Positions 17,447 to 27,408 of a stretch of 64,000 nucleotides of DNA are shown in pieces. The first letter of the stretch is position 1. Each line of letters starts with the position of its first letter. The position numbers and the translations under genes are program-made. Under the pieces are notes generated by a model. That model saw only the letters and a list, made by a program, of their open reading frames with translations, was not told the DNA's origin and searched no databases. This stretch comes from Bradyrhizobium sp. (GTDB lineage: Bacteria; Pseudomonadota; Alphaproteobacteria; Rhizobiales; Xanthobacteraceae): the NCBI RefSeq assembly GCF_027307225.1, contig NZ_DAHUXJ010000068.1, forward strand, positions 1,700 through 65,699, read 5' to 3'.

Positions 17447-17821
17447 CCTTCCGATTCGGCCTTGCTGATTCCTTGAGGCGCGACGTTGCGTCAGAGATAT
17501 TTCAGGCGTGTGACGTCATGGAGGTTAACGACTTTGATTTTCGGATCGCTGCCGTTTCCTCGGTTCCTGCTCCCGCACAGCTCTCGTTTTCCCGCTTCTT
17601 GACAGCGAGATGAAGCATCTGATGAAGCAACCAAGCCATTCTCGAGTGTCGGGTGATCATCGAAGGCGGTGCCCCCGGCCCTTTCTTCTTTCCGCCCGGT
17701 TACAATTCGAACACATTGCCGCCCGGCTTTAAGGGCTTAAGCCTGTCTATGCCGAGCCGCTGCACTGGCGCCGACCTGCCCGCCCCTGTAAAATCCTCCG
17801 TTGAATCAGCCTGGGGGGACA

Positions 17822-19369
17822 ATGCGGCTTAAGATCATTCTGCTCGCGATCGCGGTGGTGGCGGGATCGTTTTTTGTCAGCCTGAAGGTGATGGATTGGG
17901 TGTCGCCGCGCGGGAGCTTGCGCCCGGCCGCCGTCGCCAACCTGCCGCCGTTGCCGCCCGCTCCCGGCAGTTCGGTGATCCTGGCGCAGGTGACGATTCC
18001 CATTACCGCGATCCGCAATGCGGCTGACCGCGGCGCACCACGCAACTTTTCAGGTAAGGCCGAAAATCCGGTCTCGCAGCTTCTGCAAAACGCCGATATC
18101 GGCTGGACCGCCTCGCGCGGGCCGATCGGGATCACCGGCGGGCAGGACACGTTGTCGCTGAACACCGCGCTGACCGGAAGACTGAACGTCGCCGGTTCGC
18201 TGGCGGCCAAGACAACGGGCGCGGTGGGTGATGCGATCGGCGGACTGCTTGGGACCAATGTCAGCAAGCAGATCGCCAGCATCAACATCAAGAATGTGAA
18301 TGCCAACGCCGAGATCAAGGGCAATGTGACCGTGACGGCGCGGCCGAAATTCGGCGCCAACTGGCGCATCGAGCCGAACCTGAGCGGCCAGGTCAATCTC
18401 GGCGACACCACCATGTCGGTCGCCGGCGCGCGCCTCAACGTTCCTACGGAGATCAAGCCGCTGCTCGACAAGAACGTCGCCGATCAGATCGTAGCCGCGG
18501 ACAACCGCATCCACAACGACTCCTCGTTCGAGCACAACGCGCGCATTCAGTGGGCCAAGGCGTGCCGCTCGATCCCATTGCAAACGAGCAGCGCCCCGGC
18601 GCCGCCGCTGTGGCTTGAATTGCGGCCGACGCGGGCGGTCGCGGTGCAGCCTAACGTGAGCGCGACGGCGGTCACCATGACGGTTGGCATCGAGGCGGAA
18701 ACCCGCATCACGTCGAAGCAGACCACGCCGCTGTGCCCGTTCCCGGCAAAGCTTTCGGTAGTGCCGCCGACGCAGCCGGCCGTGGCCATCGATATCCCGA
18801 TCGACATTCCCTTTACCGAAGTCGACAAGATCGTCGAAGCGCAGCTGGTCGGGCGTACCTTCCCCGAGGACGGCTCGGGTTCGGTGAACGTGACCGTGAA
18901 GCGCGCCGAGGTTTCCGCTTCGGGCGACCGGCTTTTGATTTCGCTCCTGCTCCACGCCAAGGAGAAAAGCTTCTTCTCGTTGGGCGGCGAGGCGACCGTG
19001 CATATCTGGGGCAAGCCGGTGCTCGACAAGGCGAACCAGATCCTGCGGCTCACCGACGTCGAGATGGGGGTTGAATCGGAGGCCGCCTTCGGTCTGCTCG
19101 GAGCGGCGGCTCGCGCGGTCATGCCGCATCTGCAAAAGACGCTGGCCGAGAAGACCACGGTGGACTTGAAGCCGTTCCTGGGCGATGCGCAGAAGATGAT
19201 CGCAAGCGCCATCTCCGATTTGCAGAAGAACGACGACAGCGTGCGGGTGACGACGGCTGTTAGCAGCCTCGCGCTCGCGGACATCGCCTACGATTCCAGG
19301 ACGCTACGCCTGATTGCCGAGGTCTCCGGCACCATCAATGTCACGGTGGCGGCGCTCCCGGGGCTTTGA
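17822..19369 (+). CDS. DUF4403-family exported protein
   Basis: N-terminal TM, beta-rich body, WAKACRSIPL...PLWLELRP, ATVHIWGKPVLD. Confidence 0.75.
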   Translation: MRLKIILLAIAVVAGSFFVSLKVMDWVSPRGSLRPAAVANLPPLPPAPGSSVILAQVTIPITAIRNAADRGAPRNFSGKAENPVSQLLQNADIGWTASRGPIGITGGQDTLSLNTALTGRLNVAGSLAAKTTGAVGDAIGGLLGTNVSKQIASINIKNVNANAEIKGNVTVTARPKFGANWRIEPNLSGQVNLGDTTMSVAGARLNVPTEIKPLLDKNVADQIVAADNRIHNDSSFEHNARIQWAKACRSIPLQTSSAPAPPLWLELRPTRAVAVQPNVSATAVTMTVGIEAETRITSKQTTPLCPFPAKLSVVPPTQPAVAIDIPIDIPFTEVDKIVEAQLVGRTFPEDGSGSVNVTVKRAEVSASGDRLLISLLLHAKEKSFFSLGGEATVHIWGKPVLDKANQILRLTDVEMGVESEAAFGLLGAAARAVMPHLQKTLAEKTTVDLKPFLGDAQKMIASAISDLQKNDDSVRVTTAVSSLALADIAYDSRTLRLIAEVSGTINVTVAALPGL

Positions 19370-19382
19370 GAGCCATCTTTGT

Positions 19383-19491
19383 ATCCCTCCCCAGGCGAGC
19401 GCAGCGAGCGGTGGGGGTGGTTCAAAGACCCCCCACCCTGGCCTCGCTCCGCTTCGGCCTTCCCTGCCCACGCGTTCCGCGGGGGAGGGAT
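19383..19491. repeat. CCCTCCCC...GGGGAGGG palindromic intergenic repeat
   Basis: ATCCCTCCCC / GGGGAGGGAT termini; same family as 14489 and 38757. Confidence 0.8.
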
Positions 19492-19603
19492 CAAGAGCGG
19501 CCGAATGCGCTACGCGCCCAACCTTCAGCCTTTACGGACAAAGCCGAAGCCCGGTAAAACAGCGGCATAAAACAAGCATCAACACCAAGGGGAGAATGCG
19601 ACC

Positions 19604-20818
19604 ATGAAATCCTTCACCGCGACGTTGCTGGCCGCTGTCGCTTTTGCCGCATCCTGCGGCGCGGCGAGCGCGCAAATTTCCGACGACGTCGTCAAGATCG
19701 GCGTGCTGACCGACATGTCGAGCCTTTATGCGGACGCCACCGGCAAGGGCTCGCTTACCGCCGTGCAGATGGCGGTCGCCGATTACGGCGGCAAGGTGAA
19801 GGGCAAGCCGATCGAGGTCGTTTCTGCCGATCACCAGAACAAGCCCGACGTCGGCGTCAGCATTGCCCGCAACTGGTATGACAACGACAAGGTTGACGCG
19901 ATCTTCGACGTTCCGACTTCTTCCGTCGCGCTGGCAATCTCGCAGCTGACGCGGGAGAAGAACAAGATCCTCATGAATTCAGGCGCCGGCAGTTCCGACC
20001 TCACCGGCGTCGCCTGCTCGCCGAACACCGTGCACTATACCTATGACACCTATGCGCTCTCCAACGTCGCCGGCAAGGCGATGGTCAAGCGCGGCGAAGA
20101 CACCTGGTTCTTCGTCACCGCCGATTATGCCTTCGGCCATGCGCTGGAGCGTGACGCGGCCAACGTCGTCAAGGAAAGCGGCGGCAAGGTGCTCGGTGCC
20201 GTCCGTCACCCCCTGAACTCGTCCGACTTCTCCTCCTTCCTGCTGCAGGCGCAGGCCTCCAAGGCCAAGGTGATTGCGCTCGCCAATGCCGGTGGCGACA
20301 CCACCAACGCACTGAAGCAGGCGGCCGAGTTCGGCATCGTCCAGGGCGGCCAGAAGATGATCGCGCTGTTGCAGGAAATCACCGACACGCACTCGCTCGG
20401 CATCAAGGCGACGCAGGGGCTGATCGTCACCGATGCGTTCTACTGGGACATGAACGACGAGACGCGCGCCTTCTCCAAGCGCTTCTACGCAAAGGTCGGC
20501 AAAATGCCGACCATGATCCAGGCCGGCCTCTATTCGGCCACCATGCATTACCTCCAAGCGATCGACGCCACCGGCACCGATGAAGCGCAGAAGGTAATGG
20601 TCCAGATGCGCGCCACGCCGATCAACGATTTCTTCGCCAAGAACGGCAAGATCCGGATCGACGGCCGCATGGTCCACGACATGTACCTGTTCGAGGTCAA
20701 GAAGCCCGAGGAATCGAAGGGCGAATGGGATCTCTACAAGCTGCTCGCCACCGTTCCCGGCGACGAGGCCTTCCGCCCGCTCGACAAGGGCAACTGCCCG
20801 CTGGTGAAGAAGGATTGA
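19604..20818 (+). CDS. Branched-chain amino acid ABC substrate-binding protein (LivJ/K family)
   Basis: Signal peptide, VVKIGVLTDMSSLY, ADHQNKPD, TADYAFGHALE. Confidence 0.93.
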   Translation: MKSFTATLLAAVAFAASCGAASAQISDDVVKIGVLTDMSSLYADATGKGSLTAVQMAVADYGGKVKGKPIEVVSADHQNKPDVGVSIARNWYDNDKVDAIFDVPTSSVALAISQLTREKNKILMNSGAGSSDLTGVACSPNTVHYTYDTYALSNVAGKAMVKRGEDTWFFVTADYAFGHALERDAANVVKESGGKVLGAVRHPLNSSDFSSFLLQAQASKAKVIALANAGGDTTNALKQAAEFGIVQGGQKMIALLQEITDTHSLGIKATQGLIVTDAFYWDMNDETRAFSKRFYAKVGKMPTMIQAGLYSATMHYLQAIDATGTDEAQKVMVQMRATPINDFFAKNGKIRIDGRMVHDMYLFEVKKPEESKGEWDLYKLLATVPGDEAFRPLDKGNCPLVKKD

Positions 20819-20920
20819 GCCCTCGTGCTCTCCGCGTCATGGCCGGACTTGACCCCCGGTGATGACGAAAGAGTGTGACCGCGAAACCCATCGCAATCTC
20901 AAATCCTCAACAAAAACGCG

Positions 20921-20945
20921 CCCGGCAAAACCGGGCGCGTTTTTC
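20921..20945. terminator. Bidirectional intrinsic terminator between convergent genes
   Basis: AAAAACGCGCCCGG-CAAAA-CCGGGCGCGTTTTT. Confidence 0.8.
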
Positions 20946-20975
20946 CACGGACAATTGTGCTCGATCGCCTTTTCG

Positions 20976-21188
20976 TCAGTCCTCGAATTTGAACGAGACG
21001 TTGAGCTTGGCGCGATAGGCTTCGATCTTGCCTTTGGCATCAAGTTGCAGGTCGAGCTTGACGATTTCGGCGACGCGGAGATCTCGCAGAGTTTTGCCGG
21101 CCCTTTCGATGGCGGCCGCGGCCGCCTTCTCCCATGATTCCTTGCTGGTACCGACCAGTTCGATGACCTTGTAGACGCTTTCGCTCAT
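20976..21188 (-). CDS. Dodecin (flavin-binding)
   Basis: SVYKVIELVGTSKESWEKAAAAAIERAGKTLRDLR...YRAKLNVSFK. Confidence 0.92.
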   Translation of the reverse strand: MSESVYKVIELVGTSKESWEKAAAAAIERAGKTLRDLRVAEIVKLDLQLDAKGKIEAYRAKLNVSFKFED

Positions 21189-21357
21189 ATCGTTCTCCCG
21201 TTCGGTAATAGGCAGGAGGCAGGTGCTCCTGCCGCCGGCAAGACTAACATCGCGACATCGGCGCTGAAAGGCGCAAAGTCCCGCACAAGCAAAGCGCGCC
21301 CGGCAAAAACCGGGCGCGCTGTGTTTTGTGATCGTTGCCGTATCGTTCTGGCCAGCG

Positions 21358-21903
21358 TCACTCCGAATATTTGAATTCGGGCATCGCCTTCAACTCATCC
21401 TTGTTGGCGTTGAAGACGGCGTGATCCGGATACCAGGGGTCCGCCTTGCTCGCAGATGCACCGCTGCCGCTTGCGGAGCCGGTAGTGGTCGGCGGAGCGG
21501 CCGGCGGCCGTGCGCCACCCGCACCCGGCTTGCTGGTGCTCGCCGTACCCGTAAAGGTGACCGGTTCGTTGACGAACTTGACCTTGTCGAGCGGAACCGC
21601 GACCAGATGCTGGCCGACGCCGAGGAAGCCGCCGACGCCGAGCACGACGGCTTTGATGCTTCCGCCCTTGTCCATCAAGAGATCGTTGATCGAACCGAGG
21701 CTCTCATTGTTGTCGTTATAGACCTTGAGGCCGACGACCTTGGACGCGCGCCAATCGCCCTTGAGCGAGGACTTCGAAATCGGCGCTCCGCTCGTTTGAT
21801 CGGCTTTCGCGGCCGGTGTGGTCGCGGTCGGGGTTTGCGCCGACGCAATCGTCACAAGCAACGCGGTACTGGCCAACGCGGCCGTTAGAGTTTTTGCAAA
21901 CAT
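21358..21903 (-). CDS. PRC-barrel domain exported protein
   Basis: WRASKVVGLKVYN..NESLGSINDLLMD..G.IKAVVLGVGGFLGVG. Confidence 0.92.
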   Translation of the reverse strand: MFAKTLTAALASTALLVTIASAQTPTATTPAAKADQTSGAPISKSSLKGDWRASKVVGLKVYNDNNESLGSINDLLMDKGGSIKAVVLGVGGFLGVGQHLVAVPLDKVKFVNEPVTFTGTASTSKPGAGGARPPAAPPTTTGSASGSGASASKADPWYPDHAVFNANKDELKAMPEFKYSE

Positions 21904-22328
21904 TGTTTCCTCCTTCCAAAAAGGTGAGGAGAAAACACCAGTCCTTTGTTGTCGTTCCGCGGTTCCCGTAATTTTCGGCCGGAACATCGGGGAACCACGG
22001 CACTCAACGCCAAAATCGCACTCTCGATCGTCAGGACGTTGAGGGCGGCATTGTGCCCCAACGGGGCGGCTCGCAGCGCCGTCCGCTCGACTGCTCCGAT
22101 CAGGAAAATGATGGCCTCAAACATGCACTCTTCCGGGCCTGGCTGCCCGGCGCCACAAGGTTAAGGGTTTCCTACCCCATCACCGTATGTCAGGATTAAC
22201 ATAAGCTTACCGGGCCAAGCTCCCGCGCCATTCAGTTGTTGCGAGCTTCAAATCGCCGCACTGGCCCGGAAATATCCGGAAACAAAAAAGGTGGTTCTGT
22301 CGCCCAAAATCTCGGGCAAAGAATTTGG

Positions 22329-23075
22329 ATGCCTGCTGTGCCGCCAAACATCCTGGTCGTCGAAGACGACCGTGAAACGCGGGCCTTGATTGCGAAATAT
22401 CTCCGCAACAACGCCTGCAACGTTATCACCGCCAATGACGGGCGCGAAATGGCTCGCGCCATGACCGACCATCGCGTCGATCTCGTGATTCTTGACGTCA
22501 TGCTGCCCGGCGAAGACGGCTTGAGTCTGTGTCGCAAGATCCGTGGCGACTCGCAAGTGCCTATCATCATGCTGACCGCACGCGGCGAGGACGTCGATCG
22601 AATCCTCGGCCTCGAGATGGGCGCCGACGACTATCTGGCCAAACCCTTCAATCCGCGCGAGCTGCTCGCCCGCATCAATGCGGTGCTGCGCAGGCTGGCC
22701 GCCGCGCAAACCGCGAGCGCCGTGATGGGCGCAACCGCGCTGACCTTCCAGGGCTGGCGGATCGATTTCCGCCTGCGCGAATTGCGCAATCCGGCGGGCG
22801 CGCGCGTGGCGATGACATCGGCCGAGTTCGACCTGCTGCGCGCGTTTTGCGAGCGGCCGGGACGCGTGCTCTCGCGCGACAGCCTGCTCGATCTGACCCA
22901 AGGCCGCAGCGCCGGTTCGTTCGAACGCTCGATCGATGTGCTGGTGAGCCGGATCCGCCGCAAGATCGAAACCGATCCGCAGGATTCCAGCATGATCAAG
23001 ACCGTCCGCTCGGGCGGCTATCTGTTCACGCCGGCGGTGGAGGCGGCTACAGCCCCCCTCGATGCCGTCAAATGA
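22329..23075 (+). CDS. OmpR-family response regulator
   Basis: ILVVEDD, ILDVMLPGEDG, GADDYLAKPF and a C-terminal wHTH (RSIDVLVSRIRRKIE...IKTVRSGGY). Confidence 0.95.
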   Translation: MPAVPPNILVVEDDRETRALIAKYLRNNACNVITANDGREMARAMTDHRVDLVILDVMLPGEDGLSLCRKIRGDSQVPIIMLTARGEDVDRILGLEMGADDYLAKPFNPRELLARINAVLRRLAAAQTASAVMGATALTFQGWRIDFRLRELRNPAGARVAMTSAEFDLLRAFCERPGRVLSRDSLLDLTQGRSAGSFERSIDVLVSRIRRKIETDPQDSSMIKTVRSGGYLFTPAVEAATAPLDAVK

Positions 23076-24469
23076 AACTGGCCGACTTCCTGAACTTGCG
23101 GACCATCGGCGGTCAGATCACCGCGCTGGTGATCGCATCGATCCTCGCGATCCACGCGATCCTGACTTGCCTCTTCCTGCTCAACCGGCCGGACCAGCCG
23201 AATCCGACCATCGACCGCGGCCATGCCCAGTTTGCCGCCGCCGTCATGCTGCTCGGCGCTTCAGCTCCCGCCGAACGCCAGCGGCTGGCCGCTGATCTCG
23301 CCCGCGCCTTTCCCAAGCTCGATGTCCAGCTGCTGCCGCCGGGCCCGATTCCCGAAGCGAGCGCCGTCGAGGGCCTCGACCTGCGCAGCCTGCACCGGCG
23401 GCTCGACAGCACTTATCGCATCTTCGCGGTCGCCGATGGTCAAAGCCGCCAAAGGGTCGGCGTTGCACTTCCGGATGGCGCCATGATTTCGGCGCGAGTC
23501 CTGCCCGACCGGCTGCGGCCGTACTGGATCGGCTCGTGGATGGTGACGCTGCTGTTTGTGATCGTCAGCGTCAGCCTTCTCAGCCTGTGGGCCGCGCGCG
23601 CACTGACGGCGCCGCTATCGGCCTTTGCCAAGGCGGCCGAGAACTTCAGCGTCAACGGCGCCGCCGCTCCCCTGCCCGAGCGCGGACCGGAAGAAATCCG
23701 CTTCGTCGCCAAGGCGCTCAACCGGATGGGAGAGCGCATCAGTACCCTGATCGACGACCGCACCAAGATGCTGGCTGCGATCAGCCACGATCTGCGCACG
23801 CCGATCACGCGGATGCGGCTCAGGGCAGAGTTCATCGACGACGAGATGCATCGTCACCGCATGATGAGCGATCTCGACCAGATGCGCGCGATGCTGGAAT
23901 CGGTGCTGTCGTTCCTGCGCAACGACCGCAAGCTCGAAGCCATGACGCTTGCCGACATCGCCTCCACCTTGCAGCTCGTCGCCGACCAGTTCGCCGACTT
24001 CGGCCACAAGGTCACCTATCAGGGCCCGGAACATGCGATGGCAACGGTGCGGCCGGACGACCTCACCCGCAGCGTCACCAATCTCGTCGAAAATTCCGTC
24101 CGGCACGGCGCGCTCGTCACCATCCGCCTTTCGATCTCGGCCGACGCCGCGACCATCGAGGTCGAGGACGACGGGCCCGGCATTTCGGACGCGCGCAAGG
24201 AAGTGATGCTGGAGCCGTTCGTGCGCGGCGACGATGCGCGCAACATGGACGAGACCACGGGCTTCGGGCTTGGGCTATCGATCGCCCGCGCCATCGTGCT
24301 GGCGCATGGCGGCAAGCTCTCGCTGCACGACCGCCAGCCGAACGGGCTGATCGTGCGCATCGAACTGCCAATACGGCAGCGTTCCGGTTCTGACATTCGT
24401 GCCCCTGTTGAGGCGAGCACTTCCACGAATGTCAGAACCAAAGGAACGCTGCAAAATAAAATTATCTAG
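23072..24469 (+). CDS. Sensor histidine kinase (HAMP-HisKA-HATPase); last ~30 codons derived from a repeat
   Basis: H-box AISHDLRTP, N-box NLVENS, VEDDGPG, GFGLGLSIAR. Start overlaps the regulator stop. Confidence 0.95.
   Translation: MKLADFLNLRTIGGQITALVIASILAIHAILTCLFLLNRPDQPNPTIDRGHAQFAAAVMLLGASAPAERQRLAADLARAFPKLDVQLLPPGPIPEASAVEGLDLRSLHRRLDSTYRIFAVADGQSRQRVGVALPDGAMISARVLPDRLRPYWIGSWMVTLLFVIVSVSLLSLWAARALTAPLSAFAKAAENFSVNGAAAPLPERGPEEIRFVAKALNRMGERISTLIDDRTKMLAAISHDLRTPITRMRLRAEFIDDEMHRHRMMSDLDQMRAMLESVLSFLRNDRKLEAMTLADIASTLQLVADQFADFGHKVTYQGPEHAMATVRPDDLTRSVTNLVENSVRHGALVTIRLSISADAATIEVEDDGPGISDARKEVMLEPFVRGDDARNMDETTGFGLGLSIARAIVLAHGGKLSLHDRQPNGLIVRIELPIRQRSGSDIRAPVEASTSTNVRTKGTLQNKII
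24376..24469. repeat. CTAG-family hairpin module inside the kinase 3' end, copy 5
   Basis: GCAGCGTTCC-GGTTCTGACATTCGTG...CACGAATGTCAGAACC-AAA-GGAACGCTGC, then an AT linker ending in CTAG that supplies the stop codon. Confidence 0.85.
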
Positions 24470-24498
24470 TGCCGTTCTAGCAGCAGAGTAAAGTCGCG

Positions 24499-24699
24499 TT
24501 ACGCCGCCATCGCTTCGTTGTCAGCCTCTTCGGAATCGAAATAGGCAACCGACTCGAAGCGATAATCGCAGGCCATGCAGCGCCAGAGATAGAAGGTGCG
24601 GCCGGGCTCAGTCTCGACCCATTCGGGCAGAGCGATCAGCCTGCCGCACTGGGCGCATGGATTTTCCCGGGGCAACGAACGGAATCTGGTTCCGGCCAT
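24499..24699 (-). CDS. Small zinc-ribbon-like protein
   Basis: CAQC...CMAC in 66 aa. Confidence 0.75.
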   Translation of the reverse strand: MAGTRFRSLPRENPCAQCGRLIALPEWVETEPGRTFYLWRCMACDYRFESVAYFDSEEADNEAMAA

Positions 24700-24880
24700 G
24701 GCGCATCTCTCCCGTTTTTTATTTGGTTGTTGAAGCTAATCAGACAGGATTGCTGTCGGATATCGACTCTTCCGACGATGTTAGATGAACGAGTAATGGG
24801 GCAATTCAACGGCAGAGTCACCGCGACGCGTCGCCGCGATGAATCAAATTTTCCGTTTATTCGTGATGTCGTGCGCCAGG

Positions 24881-26389
24881 TTACTTCGCGCCCGCCGCAA
24901 TCGCGGGTTCCACGAGCGGTTCCATCGTATGCAATGCGTCAGCCTTGCGGACATGGATCGTGGCGATGTCGTCGCTATAGACCTTCTGCCAGCCATCCAT
25001 GTGATCGAGCAGCTTGGTCGCCGCACTTCGCGTACGCATCAGCGTCACCTGGATGTCATATTCCTTCAGCAGGCGGAACAAATTCTCCGGCTCCATCAGG
25101 CCGGACGCGTTGTTGTGATCGACAAAGAATTTCTCGCCATAGAGCTCGGTGCGGCCGTCGATGAAAGGCGCAACCCCGCTGGCGATCAGATAGCCGCCGA
25201 AGTCGTAGTCGTTGAAGACCCGCTCGAGTTTGAGCTTCTTCAATTCGGTGACGGCCTGCACCGGCGAGTTGCCGGTATACGGTGCAAAGCGATGGATCGA
25301 AGCGAAGCCCAGCGTGCCGCCCGCGAGCACGACGGCAAGGGCTGCGACGATGGTGCCACGAAGCGGCTTCCATGGAAGCGAGGATGCCGCTTGCGCGCCG
25401 TCGAGCTGGCGGGCAAGCGGATTTGCCAGCACGAGCGGCGACAGGAGCGCGAGAAGTTCCGCTGCTCGCCCCTGCGACAGCGCCATGTGAAGGAGCCCGA
25501 GCAGGATCACGATGCGCATCGGCGGCAGGGTGATGCCGCGGTAGAGCGCAAGAGCGACGCCGCCGAGCAAACAGATTTCCAGCGGATGCACCGTGGTGAA
25601 ATCGGCGGCGCGCCATTCGGTGATCAGCGGCAACGCGCTGCCTAGCGCCAGAATCTTCCGCGACGCCAGCAGCGAATCCCAGCCATAGGGCGTGCAACAA
25701 CTCGCGGCAATGGCCAGCGCGGCAAAGACCGCCCACCGCATCGCGAGCGATACCCGATTGCCGGGCGGCGCCTGGATCAGGCAATCGAGCGCGATCGGCG
25801 CAACCATCATCAAGCCAAACACGAAGCCACCATGAAGGTTCGCCCACAGCACCATCAGCGGCAGCAGCATGAACGACGGCGCCTCGCGCCGGTCGGCGGC
25901 TGCGATCAACTCACCGATCCAGACAACCATGATCGGCAGCGCTAGCACGTGCGGCCGAGCCAGCAGATGTGGCGCCGTCAACGCCAGCGCCACGGCGACA
26001 AAGACCACCGCGGCGCTGTCGCTCAGGTTTCGGACGAGATATCGCGCCAGCAGCGCGAACGTTGCGGCACTTCCGAGAGCCGCCAGCGCCACCGGTCCGG
26101 TCCAGCCGAACCAGGCATAGACCTTGGCGTAGAGAACCTGCGCCAGCCATTGCGTCGAGATCCAGGGCTGACCGCGCATGGTGAAAGAGTAGACGTCGGT
26201 GTGTGGCACCGCGTGATGGTCGAGGATCCATTTCCCGACGGTAATCTGCCATTGCGTATCGGGATCGAGCAGCAGGCGATCGCCGCTGACGACGACGAGC
26301 ATTGCGTAGATCGCGACACCGATCCACAGCGGCAGCGAGCCGCGCAGGGCTTTGCTGTCGGGCACAGCGTCGGCGGTAGCCAGGGTCAT
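24881..26389 (-). CDS. Polytopic membrane protein, possibly GT-C-like glycosyltransferase
   Basis: About 11 TM helices, acidic first loop LLDPDTQWQI, soluble C-terminal FNDYDFGGYLI...FIDGRTELY. The GT-C assignment is an inference. Confidence 0.7.
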   Translation of the reverse strand: MTLATADAVPDSKALRGSLPLWIGVAIYAMLVVVSGDRLLLDPDTQWQITVGKWILDHHAVPHTDVYSFTMRGQPWISTQWLAQVLYAKVYAWFGWTGPVALAALGSAATFALLARYLVRNLSDSAAVVFVAVALALTAPHLLARPHVLALPIMVVWIGELIAAADRREAPSFMLLPLMVLWANLHGGFVFGLMMVAPIALDCLIQAPPGNRVSLAMRWAVFAALAIAASCCTPYGWDSLLASRKILALGSALPLITEWRAADFTTVHPLEICLLGGVALALYRGITLPPMRIVILLGLLHMALSQGRAAELLALLSPLVLANPLARQLDGAQAASSLPWKPLRGTIVAALAVVLAGGTLGFASIHRFAPYTGNSPVQAVTELKKLKLERVFNDYDFGGYLIASGVAPFIDGRTELYGEKFFVDHNNASGLMEPENLFRLLKEYDIQVTLMRTRSAATKLLDHMDGWQKVYSDDIATIHVRKADALHTMEPLVEPAIAAGAK

Positions 26390-26570
26390 GGGAGACTTCC
26401 GCAATTCCTTCGGGTTTTCAGGCCCGATCGAAGCACATCAGGGCATAATTCCGGGTAAACCCGCGGCTCGGGATTTGCCGAACAAGGCCGGGTTTTCGCC
26501 ATATCCATGGCGAATAAAGGCGCGCGTTGTCGCGCTTTCCACCGGTTCGGCCCCGCCCGGAGGCCACTTC

Positions 26571-27065
26571 ATGAAGCGTCTGTTAACCCTCGCCTCGCTT
26601 GCGCTTGCAGCGGCCCTGCTGTTCCCGGAAGCAGCGCTCGCCCAGCGCAGCCAATATGACGAAATGGTCGCCAGGCACGCGCAGGCCAATGGCGTGCCGG
26701 TCGAGCTGGTCCACCGGGTCATCCTGCGCGAAAGCCGCTATAATGCGTCCCTGGTCGGACGCGGCGGCACGATCGGCTTGATGCAGATCAAGCTCGCGAC
26801 CGCGCGCGGCCTTGGCTACACCGGGACCGCCGAGGGCCTGCGCGATCCCGACACCAACCTCACCTACGCCGTGAAATATCTCGCCGGCGCCTATCGCGCC
26901 GCAGGCGGCAATCACAACCGCGCCGTCGCGTACTATGCGGGCGGCTACTACTACGCCGCCAAACGTCAGCGAATGGCGCATGCCAGACATCCCGAACCGC
27001 TGGTGATCACGCCGGTAGCTGCGCAGGATAGGCTCGTGTCCCGGACGCGGCGCGGCGCGAAGTGA
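26571..27065 (+). CDS. Lytic transglycosylase (SLT domain)
   Basis: VILRESRYN (catalytic Glu), GLMQI, DPDTNLTYAVKYL. Confidence 0.92.
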   Translation: MKRLLTLASLALAAALLFPEAALAQRSQYDEMVARHAQANGVPVELVHRVILRESRYNASLVGRGGTIGLMQIKLATARGLGYTGTAEGLRDPDTNLTYAVKYLAGAYRAAGGNHNRAVAYYAGGYYYAAKRQRMAHARHPEPLVITPVAAQDRLVSRTRRGAK

Positions 27066-27158
27066 CGCGCTGCTGATCCGGGACCCAAGCGCTTCCAATT
27101 AATGTGGACCCGGGATCAGCGGTGCGCCGCTGACGCGCTGCACCGCGTCCGGGGCACG
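27035..27158. repeat. GTGTCCCGGACGC...GCGTCCGGGGCAC palindromic repeat; supplies the SLT stop codon
   Basis: Terminal inverted repeats with an internal GCTGATCCGGG / CCCGGGATCAGC stem. Confidence 0.8.
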
Positions 27159-27252
27159 GTGGCAGGTTCCAAAAGCCGTGCATCACGTCCTCCGATTGGA
27201 GCAAACCGGCCGAGGCCGCGTTGACACGCCGCATCAGGGGATTAAATTAGAG

Positions 27253-27406
27253 CTGTTCCGAGGGGAGCTCCGACGAGGAGCTGAGAGACCGCACCCTCTG
27301 GTTCCAGAATGATCCAAAGGACGCTGTCCGAAGGATCATGTCGTTGGGATCAAGAGACCGCGGTGACCCTTTGAACCTGATCCGGGTCATGCCGGCGAAG
27401 GGACAG
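27253..27406 (+). ncRNA. TPP riboswitch with long P3 extension
   Basis: GGGG...GCTGAGA and CCCTTTGAACCTGATCCGGGTCATGCCGGCGAAGGGA directly upstream of thiO. Confidence 0.95.
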
Positions 27407-27408
27407 GG

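Noticed and set aside
22196-22210. CtrA-like site TTAA-N7-TTAC upstream of the response regulator
   Set aside because: A single imperfect match with no supporting cell-cycle context is too weak to call.
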